From Eledone cirrhosa (lineage: Eukaryota): a stretch of DNA of 64,000 bases. The DNA lies in assembly GCA_964016885.1 (NCBI GenBank), contig OZ024740.1, forward strand, positions 50,034,001-50,098,000, in the 5' to 3' direction. The notes below the pieces were generated by a model. The model was not told the origin of the DNA. It was given only the letters and a program-made list of their open reading frames with translations, and made no database searches. Positions 1-12,785 of the stretch are shown here, piece by piece; the stretch's first letter is position 1; the number at the start of each line of letters is the position of its first letter. A program made the translations under genes and the position numbers.

Positions 1-1146
1 AGAGAGTGAGATTGGCTCAGTGCAGTCTTTCCTCACTTAAAAAAAAATGTTCACGCACAGGCACGATAGCATTAATTGATAAATATTAATAATGTTATAT
101 TGTGCAATGGCCATACTCGACAACGAGGTGGCAGCCATCATCATGTATGTATATGAACATGTTGACGAAATCTCAATGCCACGAGGTGTTTCATGCAATG
201 TATCGTACTGCAATATCACGCCAGTCACTGCCCTAGTCAATGCAACCTTGGGCTAAACAGATGCAGAGTTTATCGCTACGGATTTCGGTAGTGATGTGGC
301 AAAGTATGAACAACTTCGTCAGAGTAGTCAACAATAATTCAATATGATCATCCACTTAACGATCATTAAATCATGCAATAACGGCATCAAAATTATTGAT
401 ATATTCCCACAAATTAATTATGGTCATCAACAAAAATTAATACAGCTAACATTAAACAATTGATAATCAGGTTAGTCAGTAAAAAGACCAAAGAAAATCT
501 AAACTATAATAAAGAAAGGAATGCTGGACTGCGTATGGTTTATAATTTTTTATCCCCTTAGTAAAATAAGTTGGATTACTTTGAATAAATAATTGTTTCT
601 ACTTTTGGCACAAGGCCAGCAATTAATCAGTACTGTGCCGTTTGTTTGGTTATTTTTGTTATTTCTATTTACCTATATATATATATCTTATCATGCTTAT
701 TTTTATATTCAAACTTCTAATAAGGCTTAATTTGTGTAGTTGAACATAGATGTGCGTATTGTTATATATGTGTGTGTGTGTGTGTGCGCGCGCACATATA
801 TACATGTATATATTGTACCTTTTGATTTTTAATTGTAATTTTAATGTTGGTTAAGGTATATTATTATAATGTATTATGTTATATTACATTGTGTTATATA
901 TAATTCCTGCTCTATATAACCAAATTTGTTTAGATTTAGGTTAGTTGCTTTGGACTATATTTGTAACATGGTTCTTAATGTTATATACATCCTTAGTTAT
1001 TCTTATTATATATTTTTATTATTTTTATTTTTATTTCTATTTTTATTTTTATTATCATATATTTTTGCAAGACTTTAGTGTATGTACACTCCATATTCTT
1101 CGGAGCTTCCGGCTTGTATCTGCCGATATTACTTCTTGTTGTTTTG

Positions 1147-1192
1147 ATTGCCCTGATGAGTCCTTAATAGGACGAAACATTGTCGGCTAATA
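1147..1192 (+). ncRNA. Minimal type I hammerhead ribozyme motif
   Basis: ATTGCC-CTGATGA-GTCC(TTAATA)GGAC-GAAAC-ATT-GTC-GGCtAAT: complete catalytic core, 4-bp helix II, and helix I. Predicted cleavage after 1184. Confidence 0.8.
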
Positions 1193-1235
1193 AAAACTTT
1201 TGATGTATTAAAGGATTCTTTGTTTTACTCTCTTA

Positions 1236-1320
<85 letters not shown>

Positions 1321-1400
1321 GTAAACAGAAATAACAACACAATCGGCACAGTATATGGAAGGAATATATTAGGTTAACGCTTGATATAGCAGGAAGATGG

Positions 1401-1436
1401 TCTTAACGTTTCGGACGTTAGTCCTTCATCAGAAGA
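1401..1436 (-). ncRNA. Minimal hammerhead motif in a Penelope-like terminal repeat fragment (1317-1500)
   Basis: Minus strand: TCTT-CTGATGA-A-GGAC(TAAC)GTCC-GAAACGTT-AAGA; palindromic helix III (AACGTT). Confidence 0.65.
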
Positions 1437-1569
1437 AAGAATGACAAATAAGATAAATTGAAGGGACGGGCGAGGTGGAATTGGAAAAAATGTTTTTAGA
1501 GAAAAATAACAGATCCATTCATGTTGCTATATATATGTATATATATAGAGAGAGAGAAAAAAAAAAGAT

Positions 1570-1766
1570 AGGTAGAACACTGGAAGGTAATATCAGTAGT
1601 GGTAGAGCACTCAGTCCATGGGACGAGCTAGGTAGAAGTGGTAACACAACAGTTAGTTCACCATACCGAGAACAATTGTTTCACCTTAGCGAATCCTCAG
1701 CTCGTAATGAACATGGTCATACGGAACAATTGTTCTCGGTATGGTGAATTAACTGTTGTGTTACCA

Positions 1767-1769
<3 letters not shown>
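1570..1769 (-). mobile_element. Penelope-like terminal fragment with hammerhead motif (1662-1709) and short inverted extension
   Basis: Minus strand CGAG-CTGAGGA-...-GAAACAATTGTT-CTCG; 1718-1768 is an inverted copy of ~1638-1680; adjoins (TA)n. Confidence 0.6.
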
Positions 1770-1815
<46 letters not shown>

Positions 1816-2299
1816 TAATACAATAACAGAGAAAGCTTTAAGCTAAACTCCGACTGGTAACCATCTCACTCAACAAACATTAGGTCATACGTTAGTATAA
1901 TCCCAATTTAGTGTTTGGGGTGCTAACTATATGTATTTTGTGGAAAGCCAGTTGTATTATTTTATATGAGATAAATTAAAGTTAAAATATATATCTCTTT
2001 CCAAACAATTGTTTCATTATAAGTTTTCTACAAGTTGGGAGAATGTTTCCAGTTTATGTAGAAGCCTAACATATTTTCCTGTGAGAATATATGTAGGTGG
2101 GCACTTATAAATCATCAGTGGATGCCCATTAAACTTTGATATAAGAAAAAAATTCTTTACCGCAGTTATTTTTCGTGTCCGCTAAGTTCTTCCTTCACGC
2201 ATCGAATGACCGCCAAATTTGAAATTCCAGCAGTCTTTAGACTGAGGAAGTATCATAGCGTCACGAAGCGGAAAAGGGAGACAATCACGAGTCACGAGA

Positions 2300-2757
2300 A
2301 AAGTAAAATAATATACACGTGGGTTAACTAGTTTTTTCAAAAACATTATCAATCCTGCGTGTTAAGAACTCAATTAATTTTTTAAAAATAAATATATGCG
2401 TGTATTAATTACACACGCATATAGATATTTTCTTAGGCTAAAAACAGAGAAGTGGTACCTAAATAACAAACAATATCTCATAACTGTAATAAATACGGAA
2501 AGTCACGCTTAAAAGGCATCTGGGAACATAAATCTCTGGCCAAATTAAGAGTAAAATATTTAATACACGCGGGTTAATTAGTTATTTCAAAACCATTATC
2601 AATTCCGCGTGTTAAGAACTCAATTAATTTTAAAAAATAAATGTATGCATGTAATTATTTACACACGCATATAGATATTTCCTTAGGCTAAAAACAGAGA
2701 AGTGATACCTAAAAAAAAAAACAATATTTCATAACAGTAATAAATACGGAAAGTTAC
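2300..2757. repeat. Diverged direct duplication of ~210 bp (period ~250 bp)
   Basis: gcgtgttaagaactcaattaatttt...cttaggctaaaaacagagaagtg...aaatacggaaagt occurs twice. Confidence 0.8.
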
Positions 2758-3077
2758 ATATATATATAATATATATAAGAACAAATGGTAGAAAGGAAAA
2801 AGATTTTTTCAGTAGAAAATGCTGAAGAGATTCTTTCAGTATAATATCAAAACATTTATTTATAAAGTGGATATTTCCGCATAGTAATACCGGTTTCAGC
2901 ATTATATGCTTTTTCAACTGCGGATATGCATAATATAGTTATGTTGCATATTTATACGAATAATAAAAAGGGGAAGAAAAATTATTAGTTTTTATATACG
3001 TATTTAGAGAGGAGAGTTCATATCTTTGTCCCTGTTTGTCCTTCGTTCGCTGTTAGTTGGCTAACAGAAGTAGTAGT

Positions 3078-3108
<31 letters not shown>

Positions 3109-3574
3109 GTGTGTTCAGAGACAATGAGAGACAGAAAAGAAGATAGATAAATAAATTCGCAGATAGATAGGTGTGCATGTACAGAGAGAGGGGGGATAGA
3201 ATGATTGAGTGAGTTGGTGAGGGAGGGAGCAAAACAAAAAAAATGAAAGAGAGATTAGATAATTTTATATGGATAATGTTAGAAAGATTGAATCTCTTAA
3301 ATTGTAAATGCTGAAAGTTAAGAATAGTATAGTTAAACAGAGAGATTTCATGGTGAAAATAAGTCTAATGATTGAGATAAAATCTAAAGATAGAAACATT
3401 TCACCATTTCCCTGAAGTCAGGTGTCATTAGTGCCAAAGACTGCAGGACTTATAGTTTCCGTGATATCTTCAAAAAGAAACAATATATCATTTCAACCTA
3501 TTCCTATACAATCCTCATTATCACCAGCACCACCAACAGCGCAGGGTCACCAACAACCGTATTCTCATTACGAA

Positions 3575-3582
3575 TCATCATT

Positions 3583-3625
<43 letters not shown>

Positions 3626-3682
3626 CCATCACCATCATCACCATCATCACCATCATCACCATCATCATCATCATCAACATCA
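3575..3682. repeat. (CAT)n/(CAC) microsatellite
   Basis: Direct inspection. Confidence 0.95.
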
Positions 3683-4530
3683 TTGCACCTTCCACTACTT
3701 GATAATCTATCCTATGAATCTATCTTTAACGGATTCTCTCCTAAGAGATTGATAACATCTATTGATTACGCACCATTAACTCTTGATATCATTGAGTCCA
3801 GTTGGCAAACGAAGATACGCAGATGACATTATATCTACTGAGAATGTCATTCTTATCATGATATATGCCTGTGTGTATGTGAGTGAGTGTGTATATATCT
3901 GTAAGGGGGAGGTCATCAATTTATTCATCTGCGGCTAATTGCTTGCAGTGAAAGGAAATTACATATTTGGAAATATTCTACTAGTTCCATATCCTCTTGT
4001 ATAGTGTTCATTGCTTAACCATGTAGAGCGTTTTGTTTAAATGTATTTGCGCTGTCCTTATGTATTTTCTTCTATTCTACATTTTGTCAGAAAAGAATAT
4101 TGTTTATTTAAGTTATTTTATCCTTTTATTGTTATTATTTTGCCGCGATCGGTCATTGTGTTGGCGCTACCTTGGGGCATCATCTCCAAATAAAAGAGTA
4201 TCTGTGTAGTCGTTTGACCTGTTAGAAATAACAACCAAATTTCCCTTAGATTATGTTGTGCCAATTCTAAAATGATCTTAAGGACAACTTTCCCCGGATA
4301 AACTTACAAATGATCAAAAGCATTCCGTTTTTTCATATATCAGACCCTAAATTCTCCAGTGTGGTGATTATTCTTTTTGATTAAATAGGTTGTATTTGCA
4401 GGCATTTGAATGTTATTTTAACATGTCGAACGAGAAGAGATTTCCTTAATAGTTTGGTGATGCTCTCCAATGTCTTGCAGTAGGATTGAACTCTAAACCT
4501 CGGAGTTTCAAAATGAGTAATAGGATATAC

Positions 4531-4567
<37 letters not shown>

Positions 4568-4569
4568 TC

Positions 4570-6099
4570 TTTCTTTATTTGCCACAGGGTGTACAAAAAT
4601 GGGACATTACAAGACGTGACGGCGGGGGTTTTACATAAAAATCATATAACTTTAAAATTAATAAATAACAATAAACTATATATAATAAAATAACAATTGA
4701 AATCCTCAATAGAGGGGGAACGTTACTGCAGGATCGTTTTACACCCCGTGGATAGAACAACCCTCAACACCAGGAGCACGTTTTGTAGGTGTTCCCATCT
4801 TCCCTCTGTTTATCTTCCTCAACCTACAGGTTTATATACAGAGAAGGCCCATTCACTCGGGCCATTTTCGCCACAGCGAATTTACTGGGGTGTAGCACCT
4901 CTCTCTCCACTCTCACCTTCCTTCTGAAGTGGTATTTAAAGAAGGGGATAAGTTGTTGTCCGGAGAGAAAGGTGTTTGCCCTCAGTCCTTTTAACCTCGT
5001 CCACCATATTACCTCTTTCGCCATAGCCACCAGACAGAGGGAAACCGCCTCTCCTTCATTCTTAAATGAAGGCGGCGGGGTGATCCTCACGATGGACTCG
5101 GCTGACAACTGGATGCGTCCCACGCGTGACAGTAGCTGTTCGACATAATTCCACAGGTCGGTCACCCCTGGGCACTGAACAACTGCGTGCAGAACGGTTT
5201 CGATGTCCTGCTCGCATCTTGGACAGGTCCACTTGGCAGGATCTCTGCTGGGGCGTCCGTGCCTGTAGATTTTGTCTCGAACTGATAGAGCTCCTCTGTA
5301 GCACTGCCAATCCAGAGACCTCTGGAAGTTATCCATAGGCCCTGGATGGAAAGTCCTCCCTAACAGACTGGTCAGTTCGACCTCCTCGATGCCTAGAGCT
5401 TCCACGAGAACGTCGTCGCACATATCCTCCACTAATCCCCTATAGAATGTCGAAGTGGAGTCTCCGCTGATTGCTGTTTCCGCTTGGTAGAGGGCTGTGA
5501 GCGCCTGAAGGCACTCGAAGTGCCAGGCCCCCATTTTCGTCTTCGCTTGACCCAGGATTGCAGCTCTGTTAGTGAGACGAGTTGTGGAAGAACTTGTCTC
5601 ACATACGACAGCCACACCGGTTCACGGTCAGGAATACCTGGAGATGGCGTAGCCTCAGCGTGTGTTTGCGCATTATCAACCACGGCTTGCCAAGCCCTCC
5701 GTTAGAAGGGTATTGACAGCAGATGGATCTCTTCACCAAAGGAGCCTGTTTCTTCCAGAGGAACTTGAAGAGTAGGTGTTCCATTTTGGTGAGGTATTCG
5801 CGGAGACAAGGCACGACTGTCAAGCGGTAGTAGATGACGGACGCTATGTAAGTGTTCGCCACCTCCGCTCAACCTTTCAGTTCTTGCCACCTCCGCCGTG
5901 ACCTCGTTTCAGTTCTTGGCCACCTGGAGGTCTGGACCAAACCAGACCCCCCCCCCCCCCCGCCGAGTAATTTCACCGGTCCTTCCGTCCTGCGTCCAAC
6001 GACACTGTCGGAAGGGGCACGGGTTTGCCTCTCCATGTGCCGAGTTGCAAACCGACAGACTTGTTTGGTTTTAGTCTTGCTCCTGTCAACGTTTCGTAG
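4570..6099 (-). mobile_element. 5'-truncated Tx1-like copy A
   Basis: ORF2 C-terminus (CPRCEQDIETVLHAVVQCP...VNGPSLYINL*) homologous to copy C. Ends AATAAAGAAAGA plus (TCTA)n at 4531-4567; its 5' end abuts GATA repeats. Confidence 0.88.
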
Positions 6100-6109
6100 A
6101 TAGATAGAT

Positions 6110-6502
6110 TTCTTTATTAGCCACAGGGGCACAAAAGAAGGGGACAAATACAAAGGGGGAAGTTTACATACAATAAAAACGTGTAAAATTTTATCACAGA
6201 TGGAATTTAAAAGTTAGTCGATTTTCCCCAATAGAGGGAGACAGTTTATATGGGTAACACAGACCCCCGAAAAAAATGTGCAACCCTCATCTCCAGGAGT
6301 ACGAAGAGCTTGTACTCCTTTCCTCTCCTCCTCCTTTTCCTCAACCTACAGGCTGATATAGAGAGAAGGCCCATTCACTCGGGCCATTCTCGCCACTTTC
6401 ACCCACCTTTCATAAAACTTGCTGGGGTACAGCACCTCTCTCTCCATCCTGATTCTTCTTCCAAAGTGGTATTTGAAAAAAAGAATCAGTTGTTGGCCGG
6501 AG

Positions 6503-6507
<5 letters not shown>
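6110..6507 (-). mobile_element. Short 5'-truncated Tx1-like copy B (3' end only)
   Basis: Encodes ...FLSGQQLILFFKYHF...VNGPSLYISL*, then 3'UTR and AATAAAGAAA(TCTA)n; bounded by (GATA)n on both sides. Confidence 0.85.
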
Positions 6508-6582
<75 letters not shown>

Positions 6583-6815
6583 TTCTTTATTTGCCACAAG
6601 GGCGCACAAGAAAAGGGAACAATACAAAGACATGCCGGGGATTTTACATACAGTCGTGTAAAAAATATAAAAACAAACAATTACAACAATCGAAATCCCC
6701 AATAGGAGGGAAACGCCACAAATGGGTTGTTTAATACCCCGTCGATAGAACAACCCTCAACTCCAGGAGCGTGTTGTGCAAGTGCTCCTTTCTTCCTTTT
6801 GCTCTCTTCTTCAAC

Positions 6816-9800
6816 CTACAGGCTTATAAACAGAGACGGCCCAATCACTCGGGCCATTTTTGCTTCATTCACCCACCTTTCAGTAAATTTACTGGGGTGC
6901 AGTGCCTCTCTCCCCACTCTGATTCTCCTTCTAAAGTGATACTTAAAGAAGGGAATCAATTGTTAGCCGGAGAGAAAGGCATCTGTCTTCAGTCCTCTCA
7001 ATCTCGTCCACTATATAGCTTCTTTCACCATAGCCACCGTACAGAGGAAAACCGCCTCTCTTTCGTTTTTGAAAGAGGCTGGTGGTTTGATCCTTACTAT
7101 GGACTCGGCAGTCAACTGGATTTGTCCCATACGCGACAGCAGTTGTTCTGCATAGTTCCACAGGTCGGTTACGCCCGGGCAGTGTACAATTGCGTGCAGG
7201 ACTGTTTCAATGTCCTGCGCGCATCTTGGATACGTCCTCTTGGAAGGATCTCTGCCGGGGCGTCCGTGCCTATAGATCTTGTCACGAACCGGTAGAGCTC
7301 CTCGATAGCACTGCTAGGCCAGGGACCTCTGGAAGTGGTCCATAGGTCCCAGGCGGAAAGTCCTACCGAACAGACTGGTGAGCTCATCGTCGTCGACGCC
7401 CAGAGTCTCTCCGAGCACATCGTCGCCCTTGTAACGTACAATCCCTCTATAGAATGTCGAAGTTGAGTCTCCACTGATTGCTGTGTCCACTTGCCAGAGG
7501 ACTGTAAGCGCCTGAGCGCATTCAATGTGCCAGGCGCCCATCGTTTTCGGTCTTTTCTTCACCCAGGACTGCAGCCCCGTCAGCGAGACGAGCTGTGCGA
7601 AAGCCTGTTTCACAAACGGTGCCCACACCGGTTGAGGGTCGGTGAGGAATACCTGGAGATGCCGCAGTTTCAGCGCATGTTTGCGCATCATCAGCCACGG
7701 CATTCCCAGCCCTCCGTTGGAAGGGTGCTGACAGCAGACGGATCTCCTCACCAGCGGAGCCTGCTTCTTCCACAGAAACTGGAAGAGCATGCGTTCCATC
7801 TTGGCGAGGTGTTCACGGAGACAAGGCACGACAGTCAAGCGGTAGTAGATGACGGGCGCTATGAAAGTGTTCGCCACCTCCGCTCGACCTTTCAAGGACA
7901 GTTTGCACTCTGCCCACTTCTGGGTGAGTGCAAACACCTTGGCCGTGACCTCGTTCCAGTTTTTCTCCACCTGGAGGTCTGGACCGAACCAGACCCCGAG
8001 CAATTTCACCGGTCCGTCCGTCCAGCGTCCAACGACGCTGTCGGACGTCATCGTTTTGCCTCTCCACGTACCGAGTTGCAAACTGACAGACTTGTCCGGG
8101 TTTCGTATTCTTTCAGTAAGTTGCCGATCAGTAAGTGCTCGACACCATTACCGTCACGTCGTCAGCATAAGCCGACGCCGCTTTGCGCAGTCCCGGTTCT
8201 AGAGGGATGGCCTGCAACAGCTCCAATTTCCGCAGTAGTGGCTCTAGAGTCAATACATACAGAATGGAGGATAGAGGGCACCCCTGTCGAATGGAACGTC
8301 TGATTGCGAACGGCTCCGATAAGTAGCCGTTCACCTTGACCCTCGAACAGATGCTGGTGTGCATCCTCTCTGTCGATCCAGCCTCTGAAAACGGGACCGA
8401 AACCGGCCGCCTTGAGAACCGCTTCCAAGTATCGATGGTCGACCCTATCGAATGCCTTAGACTGATCCAAATTGATCAGAGCCCCACTGAAGCCGGGTTT
8501 ACTACCCACCCTCTCTATGATGTATCGCATGAGGTGGAGGTTGTCGTGTATGGACCTGGTCGGGATTGCACATGTTTGCTCTTTCCCTACCAGGTTCTCG
8601 ACGACAAGCTCCAACCTCGTCGCTAGCACCTTGGCCAAAATCTTTAACTCAGTGTGGAGCAGAGTTATGGGCCTGAAGTTGTTAATTTCGTCCCCCTTGT
8701 TCTCGTCTTTCCTGATCAGCGTTACTACGCCCTTGCCTGCAGAACTAGGAATTCTCCCGTTCTGCTGCCAATTGCAGTAGACGGCTTCGAGGACGCCAGA
8801 GAACAAGTCCGGCATGCCTATGTAAAACTCATAGGGTAGACCATCTAGACCGAGTGACTTGCGTTTCCCGCAGCGGCCCAGAGCGTCCCGTATCTCAGTG
8901 TTAGTGATCGGTCTTTCGCAGAACTCGGCGTCTGTGTTCGAGAGACGCGGCAGGCCGTCGAGGTATGAACTAAAGTCCATTGCCCCGTTCGGCTCACCGT
9001 CGTTCTGCTCAAACAGTCGCGCAAAGTGCTGCTAAAAGGCCGCGCACATTTTCTTGGGGTCAAGTAGCACGCGTCCGTTTGGTCTTTCAAAGACCGAATC
9101 GTGGACTTGTTGCCACTTTTCGCCTCCGACACTCGGGCCCAGCTGACAGCTTTCGTTCCTTCGTTTCCTAGAGCACGTGTTTTGCTTCTGACCACGCAGC
9201 CTTCGTGTTTTGCATCGAAGAACTAGTCCAGTGCCGTTCTCGACGCTAACACTCTAGCCGCGTTTCCACTTCTAAGTGCCTCCTCTACCTTGGCTACTAG
9301 TTCTCTTTCTATTTTGTTTTTCTCTGCTAAACCCTATCGATTCTATTCTAATTGCTTTCTTGAGAGAGTACCACCATTTATTGTTGACGATGGCTCCCGT
9401 TAACTGTTGCTTGACTAGTCTACTTATCCGTTCACTGTAAGCTTTACGTGCCGGCAACGACACGTTCAGCTTCCAGTATCCGGGTCCTTGTCTATGTATT
9501 CTATCTCGGTTGACTAAGCAGACGCCTAATTTGTGATCTGAATAGGCAACCATGTGCATTTGTGGACAGCTTAACATCTCCTTGTCCCTTTCTCTAATGA
9601 AGAACCTATCTAAATATGATCTAGATGTCCCGCTGCGGTTTGCCCCCGTCCACTGTGGTGCAGTCGGGAAATCCAGTCGATACCTATCGGCCAGTTGGAA
9701 TTGGCCGATTAAAGTTTTGAGGCTGTTGTACCCCCACCCCCACCCCACCCCACCCTTCTACCGGGACATGCTCCCACATAGTCCTATCGTGCATCTAGGT

Positions 9801-10231
9801 ACCATTCCAGTCCCCCCACTAAAAGTAAGGAGTGAGACGTTCCCAGAAAAGACTCTAGACGCTTAAAGAAGTCTGGCCGTGATTGCGATTGCCCGGTCGG
9901 GGCATAAACGGCCACCAGTCTGAAGGCTCCACATCCAATACTGTTCACGTCTAGGACTACCAGTCTACCCTCCGGGTCCAAGTGTACTTGCTGTACTTCG
10001 GCGTCCAGGTTCTTCCGAAACATGATAGCCACTCCCCCCTGGCGGACAGAGAGATGCGTAGATCTCAAAGTCGTCGAAGATGAGGGTTAGTTGCTGCCTG
10101 TTGTGGATCCTGTACTCGGTGATGGCTATCACATCCATACCGTGTGACCTAAGGTCGTTTAAAAGTTGCCCCTGTTTCCAAGGCATCCCTAGGCCACGCA
10201 TATTCACGCTTCCAACTCGTAAACTCGCCAT
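6816..10231 (-). pseudogene. Tx1-like ORF2 (AP endonuclease, reverse transcriptase, C-terminal Cys/His domain), multiple frameshifts
   Basis: Motifs are spread over ORF fragments 9965-10231, 9784-10068, 9272-9748, 8162-8980, 8128-8364 and 7314-8081. Stop position is homologous to that of copy A. Confidence 0.88.
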
Positions 10232-10249
10232 GTTGGTGAAGAAGATTTG

Positions 10250-12166
10250 GAGAAAAAGGACGAAAGGTGCACTTACCTTTTCGTTTCCTGGAGATCGGGT
10301 TGTTCAATCTCCATTTGGGTGCTGGATGGGGTGTTGGGTGGGGTGAGAAACCTTTCAACAGGACGCGGTTGATGGGTTTGTGGCAGGGGTTGCCCACGTC
10401 CTGTGAAAATTTAGTTTTCAGGTCATTATAGGTTTCCATAGAAACCCTTATAAGTTTAAGGTGTGGAGACGATTCTGCCTTGACGAAAGTTTTGCCCTCC
10501 GTCTCCACCTTCGGGTTTTGGGAGATGACCTCCATCAAACTCTTGTTGTTTGTGTTGATGTATGCGTATTGTTGTTTGTGTTTTTGTTGTGTTGTTTTAG
10601 TTTGTTGTTTGTCCGGGAGTTTTTTTTTATGGTGGGTGCTTGTGTTTGGGGTGGTGTTGGTGTTGGTTTCGCTGGTAGGAGGATGTTTGACTGTGGTGTT
10701 GTTTGTGTTGTTGTTTGTGTCTGTGGTTGTGTGTTGGTGTTGGTGATTGGAGTTTTGGGGTTTTGTGGTGTCTCGTTTTTTGTTTTTTAGATTTCCGCGG
10801 CTCTCCCTCTTCTTCATTTAAAGAAGGAGAAGCAACTTCATCCGTCGATGAATAATCATCGTCAGGGGTGTGGGGTAGGGGTATATTGTGTGGTGGTGGT
10901 GTTTCGGTGTGTGTGTTTGTGGTAGTGTTTGATGGAGTGGGATGGGGTGGGGCTGTGTTCTTCAGGGGGTGTTGTCTCTGTTTTTTCTGTTGTTATTGGT
11001 TGAGTGTCTGTTTGTTTTGGTGTGGTTGCTCGTTTCGTCTGTCGTTGTACTTGTGGTGGTGGTGGTTGTTTTGGTGTTGGTGTTGGTAATAATGTATTTT
11101 TAATGATGTTGTTGTTGTTGTGGGTTTGTGGACAAGAGGCTTTTAGGTGTGCTATGCTACCACAGCGAAAGCAATGAAATGTTCGTCCTTCTACCGAAAT
11201 GTTTATTTTGTTGTTATTATCGATAACGACTCTTTCGGGTATTTTGGAGATTCTCTCCGGTTTCATTTGCAACAGAATCTCCAAATCTGTACCCGCCCAC
11301 CTTTGTCGAATATATTTTCGTATCGAAAGAATCATATCAGTTTCTGGCTCTACAAAGCTAGCTAAGATCCACCAGATGTTAATGTTTGGTGGTATATTTT
11401 TTTTTGTGTCCTTTTTCCCATGTATGTCGGGAAAAAATGAATACTTTTGACACTATTGGTGTCACAGAATGTTTTGGGGCGAGTGCCTCGCTTTTAAACA
11501 GTACGGAAACACTTCTGTACTGTTTTCCTCGTTGGAGAAATTCGATATTTGCTACAATTTCTTTCAGGGTATTTTCTATATGTCCTTGACTAACAAATAT
11601 CGGCTTTCTCGTTGTATTGGACACAGTCCTAAAGATCACTGTCTTTCGCACTGTGTCTTCTTTTATTTCACGGGGTGAGTTAATTCTAAACCCACCCTTG
11701 TCTTCGAAAGTTACAAACTTTCTCCCCTTGCTGGAGCATATCTCTTGCATTGGAGATGTCAAGATTTATAAAATCTTGTTTTTTGTTCACTGTTTCAGCG
11801 AAAGACATTTTTTTGTGTGGTGTTGCTGTTGCTGTTGTTGTTGTTATCGTTGTTAGCCTCGGTGTTGGAAATCTCAGTTCCTTGACGAGGTGAAACTTTA
11901 TGTGTAAATGTATCTGTGGAGTTGTTGATGTTGTTTTTTTCCTGTGTATGTATATTAATGGGTTTAATTCCTGTGTTTTCATTTTTTTTTTTCTGCTTCG
12001 ACGGTAGAAATTGTACAATCTTCAAGTGGCAATATTTTTTCCCTTTGTTGACAGTCGTATCTATGGCGACGTCCATAGCAGCAGAAGCAGATATAATGTT
12101 AAAATCTGCCTCTTTCTCTCTCTTTTCTCTGTCGACGTTCTCCAGCGTTCCCTTCGTGTTATTCAT
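10250..12166 (-). pseudogene. Tx1-like ORF1 (gag-like, zinc knuckle HCFRCGSIAHLKASC), disrupted
   Basis: Consecutive ORF fragments 11795-12166, 11379-11762, 10862-11335 and 10149-10817; C-X2-C-X4-H-X4-C motif; T/P/N-rich linker. Confidence 0.75.
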
Positions 12167-12377
12167 GTTTTATAGTTGGCAAAATTTGATATTTTTAAAG
12201 AATTTTTAAATTAAATTTTCGCCCCTAAAGGGGCGAAAAATGGGATTACCACCCAGCTGACAATTCAGCTTTGGGGTTAATCTACAAAATAATATGTTTT
12301 TTCAAACAATTTGTTCTGTTTTTCGTATATAAATTTATAAAAAATCTTACCAGCGATGTTCCACGCGTCAGGCAGAG

Positions 12378-12458
<81 letters not shown>

Positions 12459-12459
12459 T

Positions 12460-12785
12460 GTTTCTTTATTAGCCAGAAGGGGACAAATACAAAGAGGGAA
12501 GTTTACATACAATAAAAACGTGTAAAATGTTATCACAAATGCAATTTAAAAAGTTAGTCGATTTTCCCCAATAGGGGGAGACAGTTCATATGGGTAACAC
12601 ATACCCCCGAAAAAATGTGCAACCCTCAACTCCAGGAGTACGAAGAGTTTGTACTCCTTTCCTCTCCTCCTCCTTTTCCTCAACCTACAGGCATTCTCGC
12701 CACTTTCACCCACCTTTCATAAAACTTGCTGGGGTGCAGCACCTCTCTCTCCATCCTGATTCTTCTTCCAAAGTGGTATTTGAAA
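12460..12785 (-). mobile_element. Short 5'-truncated Tx1-like copy D (close sibling of copy B)
   Basis: Nearly identical to 6110-6478 apart from a ~30-nt internal deletion; flanked by (GATA)n at 12378-12457 and by AGATAGACAGATAGAC. Confidence 0.85.

Larger units (their letters stand above)
6582..12376 (-). mobile_element. Full-length but frameshifted Tx1-like (L1 clade) non-LTR retrotransposon, copy C
   Basis: ORF1 with a CCHC knuckle. ORF2 with APE (LRVGSVNMRGL, LVAVYAP, SYLDRFF, SDHK, GPGYWKLN) and RT (NFRPITLL, LDQSKAFDRVDH, IRQGCPLS, AYADDVTV). 3' AATAAAGAAA followed by (TCTA)n; (GATA)n on both flanks. Confidence 0.92.

Noticed and set aside
3422-3826. 134-aa Ser-rich ORF and antisense poly-Met ORF
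   Set aside because: Driven by the (CAT)n repeat; non-ATG start and no recognisable domain.
7491-8303. 270-aa plus-strand ORF
   Set aside because: Antisense shadow of the GC-rich Tx1 ORF2.
6582-12376. Copy C as an active autonomous element, or as an LTR element with B and D as LTRs
   Set aside because: It has many frameshifts and a small deletion after the YADD region that is intact in copy A. B and D are ORF2/3'UTR ends, and APE-RT without integrase indicates a non-LTR element.
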